This document shows positions 18,182-25,628 of a stretch of 64,000 nucleotides of DNA, piece after piece; position 1 is the first letter of the stretch; the number at the start of each line of letters is the position of its first letter. The notes beneath the pieces are model-generated. The model was not told the origin of the DNA, did not search any database, and saw only the letters and a program-made list of their open reading frames with translations. The stretch lies in the NCBI GenBank assembly GCA_017558065.1, contig JAFYWK010000008.1, forward strand, positions 22,899 through 86,898, given 5' to 3'. A program made the position numbers and the translations under genes. Origin of the DNA: Paludibacteraceae bacterium (GTDB lineage: Bacteria > Bacteroidota > Bacteroidia > Bacteroidales > Paludibacteraceae).

Positions 18182-20173
18182 ATGAGAAATAATCTTAGCC
18201 AACTAATTTCTCTTAGCAAAGTCGAAGAGAAATTGTATCGTCCTGCGGATGCGTATGAGCAATCACGCGTCACCCGTATGGAGCATGTAAACACAACTAT
18301 CGTAGAGAAACCACAAGAGGGTATCGCTGCCGTAGCTGCACGTATTGCAACACTCATCAACCGCCGCGAGGCCAATGGTCAAAAGACCGTTCTCTCACTG
18401 GCATCTGGTCGCTCTATGCGCGACTTGTTTGTCGAGCTCGTTCGCCTGCACAAAGAGGAGGGATTGAGCTTCAAAAATGTCGTGGTATTCGGCTCGTACG
18501 AGTTCTATCCATTGGTGGACAACAACCTCGGCAGCATGGCACAAATCCAAAGCCAATTGCTCAACCACATTGATATTCTGCCAGAAAACGTACACACCTT
18601 CCCTGGCGACCTGCCAAGAGAGACGGTATTCACTTTCTGCGAGGAATACGAGAAAGCTATCGAAGCCGCTGGCGGCATTGATATTCAGGTACTTGGAATC
18701 GGCCAATGCGGTAATATCGCAATGAACGAACCTGGTACCCAACCTAACTCTTCTACCCGCCTCGTGATCATGGACGGCAACTCACGCGTGGATGCCAAAT
18801 CCCTGTTTGGCAACGTAACTCAAGTGCCTACATGCGCCATCACATTGGGTATTGACACTATCCTCCAAGCAAAAGAGGTGATCCTCCTCGCCTTCGGTCA
18901 GCACAAAGCGGGCATCGTCAAACAAGCGATAGAGGAAGTGGCTAACGCCGCGTGCCCCGCATCGTTCTTGCAACTCCACAAGAACGCTTCGTTCGTAATC
19001 GACCTCGATGCTGCAGGCAAACTCACCCGCATCAATCACCCTTGGAAAGTGACCAACTGCGAGTGGACCGACCAACTCGTTCGCCGCGCTGTGGTATGGC
19101 TTTGCGAACAAACCAAAAAGCCTATCCTCAAGCTCACCAACAAGGACTATAACGATTTCGGACTCAGCGAACTCATCACCAAATACGACTCTGCATACAA
19201 GTGCAATATCAAGGTATTCAACGACCTGCAACACACCATCACTGGTTGGCCAGGTGGCAAGCCAAATGCAGATGACACCAACCGCCCTGAGCGCGCTAAT
19301 CCATTCCCAAAAGATATCGTAATCTTCTCTCCTCACCCAGATGACGACGTCATCTCGATGGGTGGTACTTTCCAACGCCTCATCAACCAAGGCCACAACG
19401 TACACGTGGCTTACGAAACCAGCGGTTGTATCGCCGTTTGCGACGAGGAGGTAGTACGCTTCATGGACTTCATGAAGGGTTACAAACAAATGCTTATCCC
19501 TGGTGATGAGGTGATTGAGAAGAAGTACGACGAGTACATGAACTTCTTCCACAACGAGAAGGTAGGCGACAACGACACCCGCGAGATCCTCAACCTCAAG
19601 GCGCTTATCCGTCGTGGCGAGGCAACCGCTGCGTGCCGCTACATGGGTCTCCCTACCGAGAACATCCACTTCCTCAACTTGCCTTTCTATGAGACAGGTA
19701 CCATCAAGAAAGGTCCTCTCTCTCAAGCTGATGTGGACATCGTAAAAGCTCTTCTCGAGGAGGTAAAACCACAACAAATCTTCGCTGCGGGTGACCTCGC
19801 AGACCCTCACGGCACACACCGTGTATGTCTTGACGCTGTACTCGCTGCTCTCGACGAGCTCAAGCACACCGCTGCTTGGGATGAGTGGCTCAAAGACTGC
19901 CGCATCTGGATGTACCGCGGCGCATGGATGGAGTGGGAACTCGACCTCGTAGAGATGGCTGTGCCAATGTCTCCAGAGGAGCTTCGCTCTAAGCGCAACG
20001 CTATCCTCCGCCACGCCAGCCAAATGGAGTCTGCTCCATTCTTGGGCGACGATGAGCGTCTGTTCTGGCAACGCGCCGAGGATCGCAACCACGACACTGC
20101 AAAGATGTATTCCGACCTCGGACTTGCTGAATATGAGGCTATCGAGGCATTCGTGCAATATCATATTCTTTAA
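18182..20173 (+). CDS. nagB: glucosamine-6-phosphate deaminase, long Bacteroidota form fused to an LmbE/PIG-L-like domain
   Basis: 663-aa ORF. The deaminase core has GIDIQVLGIGQCGNIAMNEPG. The C-terminal half has IVIFSPHPDDDVISMGGT (PIG-L/LmbE signature). Codon usage is highly optimised. Confidence 0.85.
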   Translation: MRNNLSQLISLSKVEEKLYRPADAYEQSRVTRMEHVNTTIVEKPQEGIAAVAARIATLINRREANGQKTVLSLASGRSMRDLFVELVRLHKEEGLSFKNVVVFGSYEFYPLVDNNLGSMAQIQSQLLNHIDILPENVHTFPGDLPRETVFTFCEEYEKAIEAAGGIDIQVLGIGQCGNIAMNEPGTQPNSSTRLVIMDGNSRVDAKSLFGNVTQVPTCAITLGIDTILQAKEVILLAFGQHKAGIVKQAIEEVANAACPASFLQLHKNASFVIDLDAAGKLTRINHPWKVTNCEWTDQLVRRAVVWLCEQTKKPILKLTNKDYNDFGLSELITKYDSAYKCNIKVFNDLQHTITGWPGGKPNADDTNRPERANPFPKDIVIFSPHPDDDVISMGGTFQRLINQGHNVHVAYETSGCIAVCDEEVVRFMDFMKGYKQMLIPGDEVIEKKYDEYMNFFHNEKVGDNDTREILNLKALIRRGEATAACRYMGLPTENIHFLNLPFYETGTIKKGPLSQADVDIVKALLEEVKPQQIFAAGDLADPHGTHRVCLDAVLAALDELKHTAAWDEWLKDCRIWMYRGAWMEWELDLVEMAVPMSPEELRSKRNAILRHASQMESAPFLGDDERLFWQRAEDRNHDTAKMYSDLGLAEYEAIEAFVQYHIL

Positions 20174-20200
20174 CAAGAATTAACACTTTTATCTCGCTTT

Positions 20201-20262
20201 CCTCTGCTATGCCTTTTGGCAGAGGATAAGCAGAAGATAAGCAGAAGATAGGCAGAAGATAA
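20201..20262. repeat. hairpin (cctctgc/gcagagg) running into 4 x 11-bp tandem repeat GCAGARGATAR
   Basis: 7-bp stem at 20201-20207 and 20219-20225. Repeat units are at 20219-29, 20230-40, 20241-51 and 20252-62. Lies between nagB and the GT2 gene. Confidence 0.9.
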
Positions 20263-20296
20263 AAAGCGAAAATAATCATTTTATTTATTAAAATTT

Positions 20297-21721
20297 ATGA
20301 AAAATATCACATGTTTTATTCCTTTCCAAAGTGAGGAACAAGTACAAGCTACCGTAGCTAACTTGAAGGCTCAAGAGCTCGTAGCAGACATTCATTTCTT
20401 GCACGGTGACATCCGCTCAACAGCTACTGTTCGCGAGATCGCTGAGAAAGCTAACACCGAGTACACTTTGATCTACACCAAGTACACCACCCTCTCATTC
20501 GTTCTCTTCGCACTTGAGCGTATGGAGGCTCTTATCGAGGACACCCAAGCAGCTATGGTTTACGCAGACCACTTCAACCAAGTAGGTGAGGTTCGTACCA
20601 ACGCTCCTGTTATCGACTACCAATTGGGTTCTATCCGTGACGACTTCGAGTTCGGTTCTGTTCTCTTCTATCGCACAAGCGCTATCAAGGAGGCTGTGGC
20701 TCGCATGGATGTGGATTATCAATACGCTGGTCTCTATGACCTCCGCCTCAAAGTGAGCCAAAAAGGCGCTTTGGAGCACATCAACGAGTACCTCTATTAT
20801 GATGTAGAGCTCGACAACCGTACCACTGGCGAGAAGAACTTCGACTATGTAGATCCTAAGAACCGTGGCGTACAAATCGAGATGGAGCAAGCTGCTACCC
20901 AACACCTCAAAGATATCAACGGTTACCTCGCTCCTGGCTTCAAGGATGTGGATCTCCACTGCGATGGCTTCGAGTATGAGGCATCTGTGATTATCCCATG
21001 TAAGAACCGCGTTCGCACCGTGGGTACCGCTATCAAGAGCGCACTCAGCCAAGTAGTTAAGGCTCCTTATAAATTCAACGTTATCGTTGTGGATGACAAC
21101 TCTGAGGATGGAACCGTAGATGTAATCAAGAGCATCGTTGCTGAGGGTCATGACAACCTCGTATATATCGCTCAAGATAAGACATGGCACGCTATCGGTG
21201 GCAACTGGAACGTAGCTCTCCACCACCCAAAATGCGGTCGCTTCGCTATCCAATTGGACTCTGACGACACCTACTTCGATGAGAACACTGTTCAAAAGTT
21301 CATCGACGCTTTCCACGAGCAAAACTGCGCTATGGTGGTTGGTACCTACCAATTGACCGACTTCGACGGTAACCTCATTCCTCCAGGCGTAATCGACCAC
21401 AAAGAGTGGACACCAGACAACGGCCGCAACAACGCTCTCCGTATCCACGGTCTTGGCGCACCACGTGGTTTCTACACTCCAATGCTCCGCACTATCAACT
21501 TCCCAACTACCAAGTACGGTGAGGATTATGCAGTAGGTTTGCGTGTAAGCCGCGAGTATCAAATCGGTCGTATCTATGACGTAGTATATAACTGCCGTCG
21601 TTGGGATGACAACTCTGATGCTAACTGCGATATCGTGACCATGAACAACAACCACTTGTACAAAGATCGTATCCGTACATGGGAGTTGAAGGCACGTATC
21701 CAAATGAACGAGGGAAAATAA
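20297..21721 (+). CDS. glycosyltransferase family 2 protein with an extra N-terminal GT-A-like domain
   Basis: 474-aa ORF. The C-terminal half has SVIIPCKNRVRTVGTAIKSALSQ...VIVVDDNSEDGT...QLDSDD (GT2 DxD context). The N-terminal ~230 aa (ITCFIPF...) looks like a second, degenerate GT-A fold. Codon usage is highly optimised. Confidence 0.75.
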   Translation: MKNITCFIPFQSEEQVQATVANLKAQELVADIHFLHGDIRSTATVREIAEKANTEYTLIYTKYTTLSFVLFALERMEALIEDTQAAMVYADHFNQVGEVRTNAPVIDYQLGSIRDDFEFGSVLFYRTSAIKEAVARMDVDYQYAGLYDLRLKVSQKGALEHINEYLYYDVELDNRTTGEKNFDYVDPKNRGVQIEMEQAATQHLKDINGYLAPGFKDVDLHCDGFEYEASVIIPCKNRVRTVGTAIKSALSQVVKAPYKFNVIVVDDNSEDGTVDVIKSIVAEGHDNLVYIAQDKTWHAIGGNWNVALHHPKCGRFAIQLDSDDTYFDENTVQKFIDAFHEQNCAMVVGTYQLTDFDGNLIPPGVIDHKEWTPDNGRNNALRIHGLGAPRGFYTPMLRTINFPTTKYGEDYAVGLRVSREYQIGRIYDVVYNCRRWDDNSDANCDIVTMNNNHLYKDRIRTWELKARIQMNEGK

Positions 21722-21738
21722 ATGTAGAAAAAGTTTTA

Positions 21739-21774
21739 AGAGTTTTAGTCGCACCTGCGGTGCTGTTCTAAAGG
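21739..21774 (+). other. conserved stem-loop element, copy A (putative terminator/REP-like)
   Basis: AGAGTTTTAGTCGCACCTGCGGTGCTGTTCTAAAGG, 18 nt after the GT2 stop. By my hand count about 30 of 36 positions match copy B at 28345-28380. The 5-bp stem is GCACC/GGTGC. Confidence 0.6.
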
Positions 21775-21798
21775 TGGGCTACTTACGACTAATCTACC

Positions 21799-21841
21799 CT
21801 TAAAACCTTTAAAACTTTTAGAACTTTGAAACTTTTTCAAC
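21799..21841. repeat. 5 tandem 8-9-mers of the TTTNAAAC family (CTTAAAAC CTTTAAAAC TTTTAGAAC TTTGAAAC TTTTTCAAC)
   Basis: Read directly. Lies in the leader or extreme 5' end of the DUF4922 gene. Confidence 0.85.
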
Positions 21842-22857
21842 TAATAAATGAGATGTTCTCCCGTGAGCTTGCTTCTCACGGGAGAGCTTTCGTTAACTAC
21901 GACGCTTTGTCTCAAGTCGAAGTCAAAGACATGAATATCGACGGTTTCCCTGCCAAATTGTTTTTCAACCCTGCTCGTGTGCGTAGCGTCATGGCGGATG
22001 TCAGCCCCGAAGCTTTGCAAAAACGAGCCTGCTTCCTTTGCCCCGATGGCGTAGAGGAGCACCAACTCACCCACAACTGGGATTCACCCACTGGGCACAC
22101 CTATTATATACGTGTGAACCCCTTCCCTATTTTCTCTCCGCACTTCACCGTTTCATCCTCCGTGCACGAACGCCAAGAACTATTGCCTCACCTCGAGTCG
22201 ATGTTGCACTTGGCAAAAGAACTACCCGAGATGACCATTTTTTACAATGGCCCTATGTGCGGTGCCAGTGCCCCCGACCATATGCATTTCCAAGCTGTGC
22301 CTCGCCACAGTCTCCCGATAGAAGATCATTTCTCCACCAACTATGCCAACGCCATATTGGTGCAAGAAACGGACTTACAAACCCATTTGGCAGCAGTCAA
22401 AAAAGTCCTCGCCATGGGCACTATCCCCGAAGAAGCCAGCCAAACAGGCTCTTTGACCGTAGGTGCCTCTCATGCCGAAGAATACGAACCCCGATGGAAT
22501 ATTGTTTCGTGGTACACGCCATCGCCAAATGGCGATAGTGTAGAATCGTGTAGCATGGTGCAGAATAGTGTAGAATCGTCCGCTGAAAATACAACGCTAC
22601 ACCACTCTACACAACACGACACCACCCTACACAACGGTATGTTTCATACCGTCATCTTCTTCCGCCGCGAATCCCGCCCAATGTGTTTCTTTGCTCCAGA
22701 GGAAGAACGTATATTATTCTCCCCTGCCACCGTAGAGATGGCTGGTATTGGCATTGTGGCCAACCGCGAGAGTTTCGACCGCCTCACCCCATCCAAACTC
22801 CGCGACATCATCCGCGAAGTGGCAGACACCCCATATCCAAAAACTAATAGCCAATAG
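21826..22857 (+). CDS. DUF4922-like protein (GalT/HIT-branch nucleotidyl-transferase/phosphorylase fold, GDP-L-galactose-phosphorylase-like)
   Basis: 343-aa ORF with HxHxQ motif in SAPDHMHFQAVPRH. The TTG start at 21826 lies inside the repeat array, so the in-frame ATG at 21853 is an alternative start. It contains a repeat-encoded insertion at 22538-22635. Confidence 0.7.
   Translation: MKLFQLINEMFSRELASHGRAFVNYDALSQVEVKDMNIDGFPAKLFFNPARVRSVMADVSPEALQKRACFLCPDGVEEHQLTHNWDSPTGHTYYIRVNPFPIFSPHFTVSSSVHERQELLPHLESMLHLAKELPEMTIFYNGPMCGASAPDHMHFQAVPRHSLPIEDHFSTNYANAILVQETDLQTHLAAVKKVLAMGTIPEEASQTGSLTVGASHAEEYEPRWNIVSWYTPSPNGDSVESCSMVQNSVESSAENTTLHHSTQHDTTLHNGMFHTVIFFRRESRPMCFFAPEEERILFSPATVEMAGIGIVANRESFDRLTPSKLRDIIREVADTPYPKTNSQ
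22538..22635. repeat. coding-embedded repeat module: 4 x 10-bp GTGTAGAATC-type units, then three CTACAC-type words (CTACACCAC once, CTACACAAC twice) in inverse orientation
   Basis: Units at 22538-47, 22548-57, 22558-67 and 22568-77. CTACACCAC at 22597-22605. CTACACAAC at 22607-22615 and 22627-22635. Translated as SVESCSMVQNSVESSAENTTLHHSTQHDTTLHNG. Confidence 0.85.
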
Positions 22858-22863
22858 CCCAAC

Positions 22864-23832
22864 ATGCGCCAATACAACCGACATATTTACATCGTACTGT
22901 TATCCCTGCTCTCGCTTTGCTTGCTCTGCGATTATATCCCTGCACTCCGTTTTCTCGCTGCATGGGTAACTCCTCCTGTAGTGCTTTTCATTGGACTAGT
23001 ATTCGCGCTGCTTTGCGGACAAGCCTACCCTACTTTTAATAAGAATGTATCCAAGAAACTCCTCCAATACTCCGTCATCGGTTTGGGCTTTGGTATGAAT
23101 CTCCAAGCCTCGCTCGCTTCGGGTAAGGAGGGAATGCTCTTTACGATTATATCCGTCGTAGGCACCTTGCTCATCGGTATGTTTATCGGTTGTAAAATAC
23201 TAAAACTCAACCGCAACACATCCTATCTCATCAGTTCGGGAACCGCCATCTGTGGAGGTAGTGCCATTGCTGCCGTAGGACCTATCATCAAAGCCAAAGA
23301 CACCGATATGTCTATGGCATTGGCGACAGTGTTTATCCTCAATGCCATTGGTCTGTTCCTCTTCCCCATCTTGGGTCATTGGCTAGGACTCAGCCAACAA
23401 GACTTCGGTACATGGGCTGCTGTTGCAATCCATGACACGAGTTCCGTAGTCGGTGCAGGTGCCGCTTATGGCGAAGAAGCACTACAAGTGGCTACAACCA
23501 TCAAACTTACCCGTGCACTATGGATTATCCCACTAGCATTAGTCACATCGGTCATCTTCCGCAGCGAAGGCAAGAAAATCAGTATCCCATGGTTTATCTT
23601 GTTCTTTATTGTAGCTATGCTCATCAACACCTACCTTCTCGCAGACTATCCCGAAGTAGGTAAGTTCATCGCAGGTATTGCACGCAAAGGACTCATTATC
23701 ACGATGTTCTTCATTGGCGCCTCCTTATCTATTGATGTCATCAAATCCGTTGGCATCCGTCCGCTATTGCAAGGCGTCCTGCTATGGATTATCATTAGCG
23801 CAGCCAGTCTTGCATATATCCTACTCAAGTAA
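22864..23832 (+). CDS. YeiH/UPF0324-family membrane protein (putative sulfate exporter family)
   Basis: 322-aa polytopic membrane ORF with signature ISSGTAICGGSAIAAVGP. Confidence 0.7.
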   Translation: MRQYNRHIYIVLLSLLSLCLLCDYIPALRFLAAWVTPPVVLFIGLVFALLCGQAYPTFNKNVSKKLLQYSVIGLGFGMNLQASLASGKEGMLFTIISVVGTLLIGMFIGCKILKLNRNTSYLISSGTAICGGSAIAAVGPIIKAKDTDMSMALATVFILNAIGLFLFPILGHWLGLSQQDFGTWAAVAIHDTSSVVGAGAAYGEEALQVATTIKLTRALWIIPLALVTSVIFRSEGKKISIPWFILFFIVAMLINTYLLADYPEVGKFIAGIARKGLIITMFFIGASLSIDVIKSVGIRPLLQGVLLWIIISAASLAYILLK

Positions 23833-23856
23833 AAAACGTATAACTATCATAACATC

Positions 23857-24222
23857 ATGAAACCCTTCCCTTTCCTACTGTGCCTAATGAGTTTTTTGGG
23901 CTGCAAGGCAGCAGACTTCCGCTCGGTGGATGCGGAGACTTTTGCAAAGGTCATTGAAGACACTACCGTCATTCGTTTGGATGTCAGAACAGCCAACGAA
24001 TATGCGCAAGGGCATATTCCTGGTGCGCTGCTTATTGATGTCACTCAAGCCGACTTTATGCAGAAAGCAGAGCAACTAATTCATAAAGACAAGACCATTG
24101 CGCTATACTGCCGTTCGGGCAGAAGAAGCAAAACCGCAGCACAACTGCTCGCCAAACATGGTTACCAAGTAATAGAACTAAACACGGGTTTCAACTCGTG
24201 GAAAGGCGAAGTAGAACGATAA
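23857..24222 (+). CDS. rhodanese-like domain lipoprotein
   Basis: 121-aa ORF. Signal ...LMSFLGC. Active-site loop YCRSGRRS, with the RTANEYAQGHIPGA motif upstream. Confidence 0.8.
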   Translation: MKPFPFLLCLMSFLGCKAADFRSVDAETFAKVIEDTTVIRLDVRTANEYAQGHIPGALLIDVTQADFMQKAEQLIHKDKTIALYCRSGRRSKTAAQLLAKHGYQVIELNTGFNSWKGEVER

Positions 24223-24244
24223 TTAACAACAAAACTATACACAC

Positions 24245-25435
24245 ATGAAACACGAAATTGCAGTGGGCGTTATGACCGCCCCAAAGATTGAGGCCGTTAT
24301 TCCTGGTCCTCACTCCACACCAGAACATCCAACCTTCCTTCTCAAGAATGTTCGTATCGGCATCGGTTTCCACTGGGACCGACTCGAAGATCAAGAGTTT
24401 GAAGGTACACTCGAAATACGCGACAACGCAGATGGCACACAAACAGCCATCAACCGCCTTGATGTGGAAGACTACCTCAGTTCGGTAATCACTTCTGAGA
24501 TGTCTGCTACCTCTTCCTTGGAACTCTTGAAGGCGCACGCCGTTATCTCACGCAGTTGGGTACTCCGTCCTATCATTAGTCCTTCTACATGCACCGACAA
24601 ACCAGACCTCAGCGATCCAGATCGCCACGTGATATGGTACGAGCGCGATGCACACGAAGGCTTTGATGTATGTGCCGACGACCACTGCCAGCGCTACGAG
24701 GGTATCACCCGTCGTGATGAGCACCCTGAGGCGGCGGCTAATGTGCAAAAAGCGATTGATGCTACCCGTGGACAAGTATTGATGTACGACGGCAAAGTGT
24801 GTGACGCACGCTTCTACAAGGCTTGTGGTGGCGCTACCGAACTCTTTGAGAACGCATGGGCAAACGAGCACTACGACTATTTGGAGCCCGTTCGTGACGA
24901 GATTGGCACTCCCCTACCCGACTTGACTATTGAGGAGAATGCACAGGAGTTTATCCGCACTTCTCCTTCTGCATATTGCAATACCACCGACGAGCGCATC
25001 CTCAACCAAGTATTGAATAACTACGACCAAGAGACCAAGGACTTCTACCGCTGGACGGTACAATACAGCAAAGAGGAGCTAAGCGAGATTATCCGTGAGC
25101 GTTCAGGCATTGACTTCGGCGAGATAATTGACCTCGTGCCTATCAAGCGCGGTCCATCGGCTCGTTTGTATGAGATGCAGATCGTCGGCAGCAAGCGCAC
25201 GATGGTAATTGGCAAGGAGTTAGAAATCCGCAAATGGTTAAGCAAGAGCCACTTGTATAGTAGCGCCTTTGTGGTAGATCGCAACGAGAATGGCGACTTC
25301 ATCCTCACCGGCGCAGGCTGGGGACACGGTGTAGGTTTGTGCCAAATCGGTGCTGCTGTGATGGCTGACAAGGGCTATACCTATGAGCAAATCCTTGCGC
25401 ATTACTTCCCCGGTAGCGAACTAAAAACGATTTAA
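24245..25435 (+). CDS. SpoIID/LytB domain-containing protein
   Basis: 396-aa ORF with motifs DHCQRYEG, FYKACGGATE and GWGHGVGLCQIGAAVMA. Confidence 0.8.
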   Translation: MKHEIAVGVMTAPKIEAVIPGPHSTPEHPTFLLKNVRIGIGFHWDRLEDQEFEGTLEIRDNADGTQTAINRLDVEDYLSSVITSEMSATSSLELLKAHAVISRSWVLRPIISPSTCTDKPDLSDPDRHVIWYERDAHEGFDVCADDHCQRYEGITRRDEHPEAAANVQKAIDATRGQVLMYDGKVCDARFYKACGGATELFENAWANEHYDYLEPVRDEIGTPLPDLTIEENAQEFIRTSPSAYCNTTDERILNQVLNNYDQETKDFYRWTVQYSKEELSEIIRERSGIDFGEIIDLVPIKRGPSARLYEMQIVGSKRTMVIGKELEIRKWLSKSHLYSSAFVVDRNENGDFILTGAGWGHGVGLCQIGAAVMADKGYTYEQILAHYFPGSELKTI

Positions 25436-25475
25436 TCCGAATGACATAAAACGTATATGCCATACGCTAAACGAC

Positions 25476-25502
25476 AAAAAATCGCCCAAGTGGCGATTTT
25501 TT
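25476..25502 (+). terminator. rho-independent (bidirectional-type) terminator after the SpoIID gene
   Basis: AAAAAATCGCC caagt GGCGATTTTTT: an 11-bp stem including A/T runs, 41 nt after the stop. Confidence 0.75.
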
Positions 25503-25526
25503 GTTGCATATGTCAGAAAAAAGCAG

Positions 25527-25534
25527 TAACTTTG
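25527..25534 (+). promoter_or_regulatory. candidate -7 box (TAACTTTG) for valS
   Basis: TAACTTTG lies 95 nt upstream of the ATG at 25629. Confidence 0.5.
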
Positions 25535-25575
25535 CACGAATTTTGGCTTTCTACGTATTTTACACATAGAAAGCC

Positions 25576-25620
25576 TTGAAACATTGAAACTTTTAAACAT
25601 TTTAAACAGCCCTTAAGGGC
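25576..25620. repeat. 4 tandem 7-9-mers (TTGAAAC ATTGAAAC TTTTAAAC ATTTTAAAC) followed by palindrome GCCCTTAAGGGC in the valS leader
   Basis: Read directly. The palindrome at 25609-25620 ends 8 nt before the valS ATG. Confidence 0.85.
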
Positions 25621-25628
25621 CTGAAGAC

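Noticed and set aside
18782-20176. 464-aa minus-strand ORF covering most of nagB
   Set aside because: It is an antisense shadow frame of a strongly codon-biased gene. Its translation is low-complexity and motif-free (rich in V, L, E and H), while the plus-strand frame has clear NagB and LmbE motifs.
20495-21754. 419-aa minus-strand ORF covering the GT2 gene
   Set aside because: Same reasoning as above. The plus-strand frame carries GT2 motifs and the antisense frame has no recognisable domain or signal.
22038-22538. 166-aa plus-strand ORF overlapping the DUF4922 gene in another frame
   Set aside because: It is an Arg/Pro-rich out-of-frame translation of a gene whose main frame carries the HxHxQ motif. 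There is no independent support.
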